Shown here piece after piece: positions 8,883 through 18,059 of a stretch of 37,643 bases of DNA. The first letter of the stretch is position 1; the number at the start of each line of letters is the position of its first letter. The position numbers were made by a program, and so were the translations under genes. The DNA lies in the NCBI GenBank assembly GCA_039798785.1, contig JBDKFG010000045.1, forward strand, positions 1 to 37,643. The letters run 5' to 3'. Below the pieces are notes generated by a model that was given only the letters and a program-made list of their open reading frames with translations, searched no databases and was not told where the DNA came from. Origin of the DNA: Verrucomicrobiota bacterium. Lineage in GTDB: Bacteria > Verrucomicrobiota > Lentisphaeria > Lentisphaerales > Lentisphaeraceae.

Positions 8883-9299
8883 ATGTTCACCCCTCTCAAC
8901 CGCAGCTTCGCGAGCCCGGCCCGGAAATTCCTGGCCCGACTGCTCCTGGCCGCGTCAATCCTCCACGCCGGCGGCTTCGACCTGATGCTGCTGCAGGGTT
9001 TTGCCTGGGCCAAGATGACGGTGGAATACTCCCGCGATCACGGCCTGCAAGAAGGCTTGGAACGGACATTCGACGGCGAACACCCCTGCGAACTCTGTTG
9101 CGCCATCCGCAAACAAGAGGCCGAACGCCAGGCCGCAGCCCTGCCCGATCTCGGCCCGAAAAAACGCCTCCCCGCCCGACTGCAACTCTTCTCCCTGCCG
9201 GAGGCGCCACGCCTCGTTTCAGCCTCGTTCTCCGCCCCCCTCCCCCGCCCTGGTCTTCTTCCTGAAGCGCCGGATTCGCCGCCGCCGATCTCCGCCTGA
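8883..9299 (+). CDS. Small CxxC / C-terminal poly-Pro protein (putative metal-responsive leader ORF)
   Basis: ATG at 8883; hydrophobic N-terminal segment; LLQGFAWAKM; TFDGEHPCELCC; ends PEAPDSPPPISA. Confidence 0.75.
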   Translation: MFTPLNRSFASPARKFLARLLLAASILHAGGFDLMLLQGFAWAKMTVEYSRDHGLQEGLERTFDGEHPCELCCAIRKQEAERQAAALPDLGPKKRLPARLQLFSLPEAPRLVSASFSAPLPRPGLLPEAPDSPPPISA

Positions 9300-9376
9300 A
9301 AGCGTCGCGTCCCGGACGCGCCTCCCCTGGCCTGGCTTGACTCGGCCCGGAACCTTGCAGTGCCCCCCTCCCTCCC

Positions 9377-9398
9377 GCATCGGCGCCAGCGCCGATGC
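9377..9398. promoter_or_regulatory. GC-rich hairpin in the leader of the barrel gene
   Basis: GCATCGGCGC-CA-GCGCCGATGC (10-bp stem). A second stem, CGCGTCC-C-GGACGCG, lies near 9306-9320. Confidence 0.45.
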
Positions 9399-9425
9399 CC
9401 ACTCCTTGTTTTGGAAGAAACCCAC

Positions 9426-10379
9426 ATGAACAAGACCTTTGCCTTTTCCCTCGTCGCCAGCTTCGCCCTCCTCCCCCAGATCCAGGCCCACTCCGGCTGC
9501 GGCTGCGATGCCGGCAGCGGCAGCGTCGGCGCCCCCCTCGAAGACGGCGTCGCCGAAGGCTGGAGCAGCGCCCTGCTCCTCAGCCGCGCCCGCTACGACG
9601 ACATGCACAGCGGCGGCGAGATCCGCCCCAACAGCCGCGACCGCTTCACCCACCGCTACGAAAGCACCCTCAGCCTGCGCTACAACTTCGACTGCGAATG
9701 GGCCCTCGGCCTGAAGCTCCCCTTCGTTTTCAGCGACTACCAGCGCTACAGCTTCCCCGAGGGCCGCGCCTACCGCGAACAGAGCAGCGGCCTCGGCGAT
9801 GTCGAGTTCCGCGCCTTCTGGACTCCGATCCGGATCGACGACGGCGACTTCCAGCTCAGCGCCGGACTGAGCTCCGGACTCAAGCTGCCCACCGGCCGCT
9901 ACAGCCTGCCCGACGCCCGCTTCCATGAACACGGCGTCCACGGCTCGCCCGACCAGGACCACCACATGCCGATGGATCTCTACGAGCCCGGCGCCGGCCG
10001 CGAAGCACTCCTCGGCGGCGGCTGGAGCCGGGTCTCGTGGATGCGGATACTCCTCGATCTCGGCCTCGACAGCGGCTGCTCCTGGGACAACAATCTCGAA
10101 GATCCCGGCCAGACCCTGACCCTCTTCGCCGCGCCCGGCCTGATCCTCTGGCAGAAAGAGGCGCAGGCACTGGAATTCGCCGGCACCTGGCGGCAGGTCC
10201 AGGATTTCGGCGCCCTCGACACCTGGCAGCAAAGCGCCGGCTTCCGCCTCCGCGCCCACTTCGACTCCAGCCTGAGCGCCGAGCTGAGCTGGGAAGAAGT
10301 CTACCACTTCGGCGGCGAAGCCTCAAGCCTGATCTCGCTCGATGACCGGATCGGCGCCGCCCTGGTCTGGCGCTTCTGA
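9426..10379 (+). CDS. Putative outer-membrane beta-barrel transporter (MetA-pathway/phenol degradation-like), His/Cys-rich
   Basis: Signal peptide then HSGCGC; SGLGDV and GLKLPTG motifs; His-rich loop HEHGVHG..DHH; terminal ALVWRF aromatic barrel signature. Confidence 0.75.
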   Translation: MNKTFAFSLVASFALLPQIQAHSGCGCDAGSGSVGAPLEDGVAEGWSSALLLSRARYDDMHSGGEIRPNSRDRFTHRYESTLSLRYNFDCEWALGLKLPFVFSDYQRYSFPEGRAYREQSSGLGDVEFRAFWTPIRIDDGDFQLSAGLSSGLKLPTGRYSLPDARFHEHGVHGSPDQDHHMPMDLYEPGAGREALLGGGWSRVSWMRILLDLGLDSGCSWDNNLEDPGQTLTLFAAPGLILWQKEAQALEFAGTWRQVQDFGALDTWQQSAGFRLRAHFDSSLSAELSWEEVYHFGGEASSLISLDDRIGAALVWRF

Positions 10380-10394
10380 GTTTTACGACGAAAT

Positions 10395-10427
10395 GACGCC
10401 GGGGCTTTCGGGTACCGGCGTCTTTTT
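10395..10427 (+). terminator. Intrinsic terminator between convergent genes
   Basis: GACGCCGG...CCGGCGTC stem followed by TTTTT. Confidence 0.7.
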
Positions 10428-10430
10428 GCC

Positions 10431-10853
10431 TCAAGCGAGGATGCGTTGACGGAGGCTGGGAGCGGGCAGCTCGCACACCGGTTTGAAAAGGCGGTGACGG
10501 CGCTTCGCCAAGGCGTCGTAGGCGGCGTCACGCCAGGCCAAGGGCAGGAGGCGGAAGCCGCGCAGGAGCGACCAGGGCGGGGCGAGGCAGGCGGCGGCGC
10601 GGCAGGCGGCCTGGCTGCGCAGGAGGAGATCCTCGCCATCCCAGACCATCAAGGTGCTTTGCAGAAGGGCGAGATCCGCCCCCTGCCGGCGCAGCAGCTC
10701 CGCCGCACGCGGCGACTGGCCCGGAACGAACCAGATGCGATGCTCCCGGTCGTTGCGATGAAGAAAGCGGACGGCACGCGAACAGAGGCCGCAGTCGCCA
10801 TCGAAAATGACCAGGATCTGGCCGTCCTGGACTTCTGGGAAGAGTTCAATCAC
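10431..10853 (-). CDS. DCC1-like thiol-disulfide oxidoreductase (DUF393)
   Basis: IFDGDCGLC (DxxCxxC) motif; RDAAYDALAKRRHRLF...C C-terminus. Confidence 0.9.
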   Translation of the reverse strand: MIELFPEVQDGQILVIFDGDCGLCSRAVRFLHRNDREHRIWFVPGQSPRAAELLRRQGADLALLQSTLMVWDGEDLLLRSQAACRAAACLAPPWSLLRGFRLLPLAWRDAAYDALAKRRHRLFKPVCELPAPSLRQRILA

Positions 10854-11607
10854 GGGCTGCTCCCCGATGCTCGATGCGTGCCTGCAGGCGGGGGCGTGCG
10901 GAGACGAAATCCACCTCGACCGTCGCGCTCTGGGCCCCGTAGGCTCCAGGTTGCAGGCAGAGGCACTCGCCTTGACGGCGTATGATCGAGCGGTGGTCGT
11001 GCCCGGTGATCAGCAAGTCAATCTCGGGAAAACGCCGCGGCAGCTCATGATCGGCGTCTTCGGCGCTGGCTTGCCGTCCCTGCTGGAAGCCGCCATGGAT
11101 GGAGACGACGAGGAGATCGGCTGCCGCTCCCCCCGCCAGCAGCTCCGCCAAGGCGGCGGCCGGATCCAGGAGCCGTGCGCCGGCGAGATCGGCTGCCGGG
11201 ATGTCGACGCAGGCAGCAGGATCGAGCAGCCCGACAAATCGGATCCGCCTCCCCTGACGAGTCATCAAAATCATCTCCGGATCGAGGAGGTGGCGTCCGC
11301 CGGCGTCGACGAGATTGGCAGCGATCCAGGGGAAGGGACTGCTCCTGGCCAGGCCGAGGAAGGTCGCGAGGCCCTGGTCGAACTCATGATTTCCCGGGAC
11401 GGCGGCGCGGCAATTCCGGGCCGCGAGAGCCGCGATCGCGACTCGTGCGGCGGCTTCCGCCGTTTCACGCCCCTGGCTTCCCGGGGCGGCGGAGAACAAG
11501 GTGTCGCCATTGTCGAAGTAGAAGCTCTCCGCAGCCTGCGTCGCGGTCAAAGGCGGCGCTCGGCCATGGAGATCGCTGGTGACGAGGATCGACAGGTCCG
11601 GGATCAT
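10846..11607 (-). CDS. Calcineurin-like metallophosphoesterase (5'-nucleotidase/CpdB N-terminal domain only)
   Basis: TSDLHG, DNGD, GNHEFD, HGG and GHDH motifs; ATG at 11607 overlaps the HDOD stop (ATGA). Confidence 0.85.
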   Translation of the reverse strand: MIPDLSILVTSDLHGRAPPLTATQAAESFYFDNGDTLFSAAPGSQGRETAEAAARVAIAALAARNCRAAVPGNHEFDQGLATFLGLARSSPFPWIAANLVDAGGRHLLDPEMILMTRQGRRIRFVGLLDPAACVDIPAADLAGARLLDPAAALAELLAGGAAADLLVVSIHGGFQQGRQASAEDADHELPRRFPEIDLLITGHDHRSIIRRQGECLCLQPGAYGAQSATVEVDFVSARPRLQARIEHRGAARD

Positions 11608-12416
11608 TTCTGCTCGGAACTGAGGATCTTGGACTGATAGTCGGCCCACTCGTCGAACTCCAACATGTCGAGCCCGACGACCGCCAGATCGTCGCGCTCC
11701 GGCACGACGACGGCCTTGCCTCGGACCGCTTCATCGACGGCGTCGCAGAAGCGCAGGAGGAGGATTTCGCGCAGGACTTCACGAGGCGGGTGGGGGGCAT
11801 GGTGCGCGCCGATGACGGTGCGGATCTCCTCGTCGAGCTTCCAGTTCTCCAGGAGCCACCCGCCGACCTGGGCGTGATCGCAGCCGATGACCTGCCTTTC
11901 GGCATCGTAGTCGGCGAGTTCATCCGACTTGGCCTTGATGATGGCGAGCTTCATCCCTTCGGCGTTGAAGATCGACAGGACCAGCTGGCCGATATCGTGG
12001 AGCAAGGCGCAGAGACCGAGGACCGGGGAGACCTGGATGCGATGCTTGCGGACCACTTCGGCGACCAGTGTGGCGGTAGAGAAGGAGTGCTCCCACAGGG
12101 TGGCGTCGCGCGACTGGATGACGTCCATGACGGCGGAGGAGAGGACCAGCTCTTTGATCTTCTTGACGCCGAGGAGGGTGACGGCCTGTTCGACCGTCTC
12201 GATCCGCCGGGGCAGCGAGTAGAGGGAGGAGTTGATCACCTTGAGCATGCGGGTGACCATGGTCGGATCCTTGCGGATGGCAGCGAAGACCGCCTGCATG
12301 TCGACCTCGGCCGCGCCAAGCAGGCGGATCAGCTGCAGGACGTGGATCGAAAGCGAGGGCAGGTCAGGCATGGACTGGATCTGCTTCTTGAGGAGAAGTT
12401 CGCGGGCGCTAAGCAT
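11604..12416 (-). CDS. Stand-alone HDOD domain protein
   Basis: LPSL, DPTMVTRMLKVINS, AVTLLG, LWEHS, LLHDIG, DHAQVGGWLLENWKL, HH. GGAGG RBS before ATG 12416. The upstream extension in the ORF track is spurious. Confidence 0.9.
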   Translation of the reverse strand: MLSARELLLKKQIQSMPDLPSLSIHVLQLIRLLGAAEVDMQAVFAAIRKDPTMVTRMLKVINSSLYSLPRRIETVEQAVTLLGVKKIKELVLSSAVMDVIQSRDATLWEHSFSTATLVAEVVRKHRIQVSPVLGLCALLHDIGQLVLSIFNAEGMKLAIIKAKSDELADYDAERQVIGCDHAQVGGWLLENWKLDEEIRTVIGAHHAPHPPREVLREILLLRFCDAVDEAVRGKAVVVPERDDLAVVGLDMLEFDEWADYQSKILSSEQK

Positions 12417-12477
12417 GATGAGGCCTCCACACGACATTATACGGCCGATTCCCCCGGCAGCGCCAGCTCCGGCAGCT

Positions 12478-14724
12478 TCACGCCGGGGGATTTTTTCCTT
12501 GTTTTTTGATCGCCAGCCGCAGCTTCGACGCAGCGGCGTCCAGCGCCTTGGCGGCAGCCAGGGACTCTTCAGGCGTGCTGCGGCCGCTGTAGCGGCAATA
12601 CTGCCAGTCCTCGACGCGACGGTAGAAATCCTCGGCGCCGTCGAGTCCGGCGTCGCGCGCCTGCTTTGCCAGCTCACCCAGGGTCGCTTCACGCCGCGGG
12701 CCGCCGAGCGCCTTCTGGGCCAGCAATGCGGCATGATGGGCCTTGGTGCCGGCGGGATCGGCCAGTCTCTCACGCCAGCGCCGGATGACGCCGCGCAGCA
12801 GCCACCAGGAGAAGAGTCCGACGACCAGGAGGCTGAGCAGGGCTCGCCAGGGGTCGGAGAAGCACCAGACGAGACCGGCGGCGGCCTTGCTGGCGATCGC
12901 GGCGATGATGTCGGCGATGCGGCCTCGGAAGATGTCGGCCTTGAGTTTGTCGAGGCGGTGCTTGAAGTCCTCCCAGAGGCTGCGCGACGGCTTCTTCCTC
13001 GCCCCCTCGAAGGCTGCCGCAGGGGTGGTTTCGACATAGTACCAGGACTGGCTCGCTTCGTCCCAGGCCTGCACCCAGGCGTGCAAGTCGCGGCGCCGGC
13101 AGATGCAGAAGTTGCCGTAGCTTTCGCCGCAGACGATGCCGGTGACATAGCGGGCGGGAATACCCTGGCTGCGCAGAAGCATCACGGTCGAGCTGGCAAA
13201 CATCTCGCAATGCCCTTTGCGGACAGTGCGGAGGAAGTGGAGTGAGCGGTCTTCCTGGATGCGCCGCGCCTCCTCGATCATCCGGCGGGCTTGTTCGGCC
13301 ATCATCTTCTCGGCTTCGGTCTTGCCCCCCTCGAAGAAGTTCAGCACGCCGCTGATCCGGATGCTATCCTCCGGGAATTCGCGTCGCTGTGCCTCCCCCA
13401 TGGAGGTGGAGTAGCTGCAATTGCGGCTGAACCACTCGACCAGCAGCGGGGCGCATTCCGCCAGGGTGCTCCTGTCTCCAAGTATCTTTGCAGCTTCAGT
13501 CCGCCAGTGGACTTCAGTGGCAGGCATCTGCAGATCGTCGGGACCGGGCGGATCGGAGTCGACCGATTCCTGCACCTGTCCGGCCTGGCAGTGGTAGCCG
13601 GCATCCTGGGTGAAGCCGGAGATCTGGAAGACGCCTTTCTCGCTGCTGCTGAGATTGTCGCCGGCGATGTCAAGAAGCTTGCACTGGGCAGGAAGAGGCA
13701 GATGGGTGAAATGGAAATCGGAGCTGGGGTAGAATTCCATGCTGCGGCGAGCCTCGCCGGCAGCCAGCCGATACCGCCGGTAAGTGCTGAAGCTGCTGCC
13801 GCCAGGAGACGACTTGACACTTTCCGACACCGTCTTGCTGCTCCGCCAGCCGCCGTCCTCGTAAAGATTGTAGATGCGGGCCCGCAGGTATTCATTCTCC
13901 TCCGCCCCTTCGATCCTCATCAATTCCCGATCTAGCTGATCCTGGCTCTCGTTCATGAAGTCGACCTGCGGATTCTCGTCGAAGGCCTTCATCTGGGTAT
14001 TGCTATTGCTGGAGTTGAGGATCTTGGTATCGATCGAGCGGACCCAGGGGAGCACCTTGTCGATCACCGCCGGCGTACAGAAGATCATCGCCGCGAGACA
14101 GAGGGTCTGGACGATGGAGCGCCCGGCCTCCCACAAGCCGTTGCGCCCGGTCTCCTGGTCGACACCGAGGGAGCTGCGGACGACGATTCGCCAGGCCGGG
14201 AAGAGCGGCAGCATGTGGATGATCAGGATGCACATCAGCGAGCGGCTGTCGGTCCACTGCGCCTTGCACCCGAAGTAGCGGAGGAAGTCGGGCGAAGGCA
14301 GGAAAGCTCCGATGCGCTCGAAGCGCATGCTGGAGGATTCGACGTTGGCGCTGAAGGCGAAGGAGGTGAAGATGCAGGCCAGGAAGGCGAAAGGGACATG
14401 CCGGCGCTGCTGCAACAAGGTCAGCATCGCCGCCATCAGCAATGTCAGAGGAGAGATGAAATCGGAGGGCGTCACCACCCAGCGAGACTGGTCGATCTTG
14501 ATGAACTGGTTGCTCAGGACAGTGTAGGTCGCGGGGAAGAACACCGTATAGACCATCCAGCGGGTGTTCACCGGCAGGCCGCGGGGCAGCAAGGGCGCGA
14601 TGACGCAGCAGGCGATCACCGGCAGGAGGAAGTGAAAGGTGTCGCTGGTGAAGGAGAAGAACGAAGCCGCAAGGAGAGTCATCCAGCATTGGGCGATGGC
14701 GAGGTGGCGGTTTCGGGGAGTCAT
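12478..14724 (-). CDS. Membrane transglutaminase-like protein (TgpA-like)
   Basis: Multiple N-terminal TMs; GHCEMFASS (catalytic Cys), ARYVTG, HAWVQAW, ETTP. Confidence 0.88.
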   Translation of the reverse strand: MTPRNRHLAIAQCWMTLLAASFFSFTSDTFHFLLPVIACCVIAPLLPRGLPVNTRWMVYTVFFPATYTVLSNQFIKIDQSRWVVTPSDFISPLTLLMAAMLTLLQQRRHVPFAFLACIFTSFAFSANVESSSMRFERIGAFLPSPDFLRYFGCKAQWTDSRSLMCILIIHMLPLFPAWRIVVRSSLGVDQETGRNGLWEAGRSIVQTLCLAAMIFCTPAVIDKVLPWVRSIDTKILNSSNSNTQMKAFDENPQVDFMNESQDQLDRELMRIEGAEENEYLRARIYNLYEDGGWRSSKTVSESVKSSPGGSSFSTYRRYRLAAGEARRSMEFYPSSDFHFTHLPLPAQCKLLDIAGDNLSSSEKGVFQISGFTQDAGYHCQAGQVQESVDSDPPGPDDLQMPATEVHWRTEAAKILGDRSTLAECAPLLVEWFSRNCSYSTSMGEAQRREFPEDSIRISGVLNFFEGGKTEAEKMMAEQARRMIEEARRIQEDRSLHFLRTVRKGHCEMFASSTVMLLRSQGIPARYVTGIVCGESYGNFCICRRRDLHAWVQAWDEASQSWYYVETTPAAAFEGARKKPSRSLWEDFKHRLDKLKADIFRGRIADIIAAIASKAAAGLVWCFSDPWRALLSLLVVGLFSWWLLRGVIRRWRERLADPAGTKAHHAALLAQKALGGPRREATLGELAKQARDAGLDGAEDFYRRVEDWQYCRYSGRSTPEESLAAAKALDAAASKLRLAIKKQGKNPPA

Positions 14725-16034
14725 TTGAAGCCCGCCGCTTTCACTTCCTCAGAAGTGACGAGGCGGACCTTGAGGTGCTCCGGCCATCCTTCGTCAAAAG
14801 TCGCGGCATGCAGGGCGATGCCATTGCTGACGCAACCTTCCAACCAGCGGATCTGAGCCTCTTCGGGCGGTCCCAGGAAGGCGATCAACAGCTTTTCACG
14901 ATCAAGCGTGCCGACCGGACAGCCGAGCACTTCGAAATCGCTCGGCACCCGCTGCGGCTCGATCGTCGCCAGGGCGTCGGCAAGCTGACTGAGGGTGATT
15001 TCGCTGCTGGCGCCGCTGAAGCGGATCTCAGGCCCGCCGCCGCCCTGCAGGAGCCGGGTGAAGCGGAAGCCGCTGCCCGCCATCTGCAGCGCCGTCCCGA
15101 TGGCCAGCGACACCCTCTTCTCGAAACTGGCGAAGCGCCGGCCCTGCCATTCCGTCAGGCTGGGGTTTGGCTGCAGGTCGAGATAGACGCAGCAGCCCGG
15201 CAGTCCGGCGCCGCTGAATTCCTTCACCATCGGCTGGCCGTGGCGGGCCCAGGATGGGGAGTGGATCAGGCGCGGCTGGTCGCCGAAGCGGTATTCGCGG
15301 ATGCCGCACAGCTCTTCGTCATCGAGCACCTTGGCCTGCTCGCCCTCCTGGCCGGAGATGCCGGAGTATCGCCACCCGAGATGGATCTTCATCGGCTGCG
15401 GGTGGACCATGGTCTCGCGGTCGCCTTCGCCGAAGGAGCCGCTTTTCACTAGCCCGAAGGGGAAGGTGGTCTCGACAAAAGCCTGGGGTAGGCGTAGCAG
15501 GCCCCTCTCGGGGAAGCTGATCCGGCTTCTGACTTCGAGAGTCTCGCCGGGGGGCAGACAGGCGATGTTGGGAAAACCGGCGGAACGAAGGAAGGGCATC
15601 GGCAGGTTGTCAAGCCCGAGATCCCATGCCGGCAGGCGGCTGCGCGAGCGCAGGAGATAGACGATGTCGACCTCCTCGCCGACGCTCGCCTTGACCGGCA
15701 GGTGGCGCTCGAGATGGACCCTGGGCCTGAACAGCAGGGCGACGATGAAGTTGATCGCGATCAGAGTGGCGAGACCGTAGACGAGAGCCTGCAAAGGATG
15801 CGAGTTGTAACTGATGAAAGTGATGGTCGAGAAGATCGCGATCAACATCATGCAAAAACGACCGGCGATGGTGATGTGGCGATGGGTCAGGCAGGTCATC
15901 CACCAGAAGGTGGCATGGGTCGCGGTGACGTTGTTGCCGGTGAGCCAGGGTTGCGGCATCGGCCCCATCTCCTCGGGACCGGCCATGTAGCGCCGCCCGA
16001 GGACCTTGATCCGGCTGATCAGGGGGCGCAGCAT
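14721..16034 (-). CDS. DUF58 domain membrane protein
   Basis: RG...FPFGL and GIREYRFGDQPRLIHSPSWAR...MVKEF; located after moxR. Confidence 0.88.
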   Translation of the reverse strand: MLRPLISRIKVLGRRYMAGPEEMGPMPQPWLTGNNVTATHATFWWMTCLTHRHITIAGRFCMMLIAIFSTITFISYNSHPLQALVYGLATLIAINFIVALLFRPRVHLERHLPVKASVGEEVDIVYLLRSRSRLPAWDLGLDNLPMPFLRSAGFPNIACLPPGETLEVRSRISFPERGLLRLPQAFVETTFPFGLVKSGSFGEGDRETMVHPQPMKIHLGWRYSGISGQEGEQAKVLDDEELCGIREYRFGDQPRLIHSPSWARHGQPMVKEFSGAGLPGCCVYLDLQPNPSLTEWQGRRFASFEKRVSLAIGTALQMAGSGFRFTRLLQGGGGPEIRFSGASSEITLSQLADALATIEPQRVPSDFEVLGCPVGTLDREKLLIAFLGPPEEAQIRWLEGCVSNGIALHAATFDEGWPEHLKVRLVTSEEVKAAGFK

Positions 16035-16035
16035 C

Positions 16036-16998
16036 TCAGTGCGGCACCGGGATCGATTCGAGAAGCTCCTGGATCACCAGAGTTTTCTGACCGGAAGAGG
16101 CGCCCTGGTTCTTGAGGATGAGGCGGTGCGCCAGGACTGCCGGTGCGAGGCGGCGGATGTCATCGGGCAGGACATGGCCCCGTCCGAGCATCAGCGCCTG
16201 GGACTGGGCGCAGCGGTAGAGCATCAGCGTGGCGCGGGGACTGGCACCGAGGCGCACCTGGGCATGGGTCCGGGTGGCGCGGACCAGGTTGGCCAGGTAG
16301 CGGCAGGCGCTGTCTTCGACATGGATCTGGCGCGCCGCCTCCTGCATCGCGATGACGTCGGCTCGGGTCAGCACCGGACCGAGATTCTCCAGGGGGTCGC
16401 TGTCGCGCCGGCTGGTCAGGATCTCGAGCTCGGACTCGAAATCGGGATAGTCCATGCGGAACTGCAGGGCGAAACGGTCCATCTGCGCCTCCGGAAGGGG
16501 GAAGGTGCCGTGAAACTCGACCGGATTCTGGGTGGCGATGACGAGGAAGGGCGGCAGGAGGCGGTGCCGTTCGCCCGCGACCGTGACCTGGGCTTCGCTC
16601 ATCGCCTCGAGCAGGGCCGCCTGGGTCCGCGGCGAAGCGCGGTTGATCTCGTCGGCCAGCAGGATGTTACAGAAGACCGGGCCGGGCCGGAAGATGAACT
16701 CGCTCTTGGCAGGAGAGAACATCGGGCAGCCGGTGACGTCGGCCGGAAGCAGGTCGGGCGTGAACTGGATGCGCTGGAAGGCCGCGTCTATCGAGCTCGC
16801 CAAAGCCTTAGCCAGGGTGGTCTTGCCGACCCCTGGGACGTCTTCAAGCAAGGCATGTCCGCCAGCCAGCAAGGCGATGAGCAGCAGGTCGATCGGATCG
16901 TCTTTCCCCTTGACGATGCGATGGAGATTTTGGCGGAGCTGGGCTACCTTCAGCTGGCAGGAGCCGGGATCGAGCGGGAGAGCGGTGGTCGGAGTCAT
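16036..16998 (-). CDS. moxR: MoxR-family AAA+ ATPase
   Basis: EDVPGVGKT, RIQFTPDLLPAD, LADEINRA, ATQNP, LPEAQMDRF, GASPRA. Confidence 0.95.
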   Translation of the reverse strand: MTPTTALPLDPGSCQLKVAQLRQNLHRIVKGKDDPIDLLLIALLAGGHALLEDVPGVGKTTLAKALASSIDAAFQRIQFTPDLLPADVTGCPMFSPAKSEFIFRPGPVFCNILLADEINRASPRTQAALLEAMSEAQVTVAGERHRLLPPFLVIATQNPVEFHGTFPLPEAQMDRFALQFRMDYPDFESELEILTSRRDSDPLENLGPVLTRADVIAMQEAARQIHVEDSACRYLANLVRATRTHAQVRLGASPRATLMLYRCAQSQALMLGRGHVLPDDIRRLAPAVLAHRLILKNQGASSGQKTLVIQELLESIPVPH

Positions 16999-17957
16999 GT
17001 GCGGGGGATTCTCTTGCGGGGAAGAAAGATTTGCGGGACCTCGCGACGGAGGAAGGCTTCAAGTGTCGCGACCGTAGGGCCGTAACCGCCTTTGTAGATG
17101 TGGTATTCCAGCGCGGTACTGAACTCCGCCGCCGTCTGCCAGCGATGGGCTGGATCGGGCTGCAGGGCGCGGTAGAGTATATCCCGCAAGTCGGAATTGA
17201 GATCCTCAGGCAGGGCTCCGAGGTTGACGCAACCGCCGCCGGCAAGCTTCTGCATGTCGGTGTCGGTCGCCGCCTCGCGCGGGTGGCGACCGCTGAGCAT
17301 CTCCAACAAAACCATGCCGAGAGCATAGATGTCGGAGCGCGGCTCCGCCCCTTTCCGCAAAGCCTGCTCAGGAGGCATGTAGGTGAGCTTGCCGAGAAGG
17401 CACTGGTCGTTCGCCGGCATGATGTTGTTCTTGGCCTTGGCGACGCCGAAGTCGGTGAGCTTGGGCAGCCCCTCGGTGGTCAACAGTATGTTGCCGGGAC
17501 AGACGTCGCGGTGCACGATGTTGAGGGGGCGCAGTTCGGCGTCGGTGCGGCTGTGGGCATAGGCGAGGCCGCGGGCAATCCGGGCGGCGATGAATGTGGC
17601 CAGCTCGGGAGGCAGGACTCTTCCCCGCTCAGCCAGCTGGGTGATCAAATCGGCCAAAGCCATGCCGTTGACGTATTCCATCACCAGATAATGCCCGAAA
17701 GACGACTTGCCCAGGTGAAGAATCTGGACGATGTTCTCGTGCACCAGGCAGGAGACCAGACGACCCTCGTCGATCAACATGTCGATGAAACGCTCATCAT
17801 AATTGAGCGAGGAAAGCATGATCTTGATCGCCACAGTCTTCTCGAAACCGCTGCTGCCCAGCTGCACCGCCTCATACACCTTGCCCATGCCGCCTTCGGC
17901 GATCTCTCGCACGATGCGGTAGCGTACTCCGGATTCAAACTCCCTGGGGATCTCCAT
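16995..17957 (-). CDS. Hanks-type Ser/Thr protein kinase (catalytic domain only)
   Basis: IAEGGMGKVY, VAIK, HRDVCPGN, DFG, YMPPEQ, SDIYALG; AGGAG before ATG 17957; ATGA overlap with moxR. Confidence 0.93.
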   Translation of the reverse strand: MEIPREFESGVRYRIVREIAEGGMGKVYEAVQLGSSGFEKTVAIKIMLSSLNYDERFIDMLIDEGRLVSCLVHENIVQILHLGKSSFGHYLVMEYVNGMALADLITQLAERGRVLPPELATFIAARIARGLAYAHSRTDAELRPLNIVHRDVCPGNILLTTEGLPKLTDFGVAKAKNNIMPANDQCLLGKLTYMPPEQALRKGAEPRSDIYALGMVLLEMLSGRHPREAATDTDMQKLAGGGCVNLGALPEDLNSDLRDILYRALQPDPAHRWQTAAEFSTALEYHIYKGGYGPTVATLEAFLRREVPQIFLPRKRIPRT

Positions 17958-18059
17958 ACGGGCGCTCCTAAACTGCTGAAAAGCTTCCACTCCTAGCTTA
18001 AATGAAAGCGAGGCCGGAGTCAAGCGGCAACTGCGAATTAAAGCGAAAATCGCAGTGCC

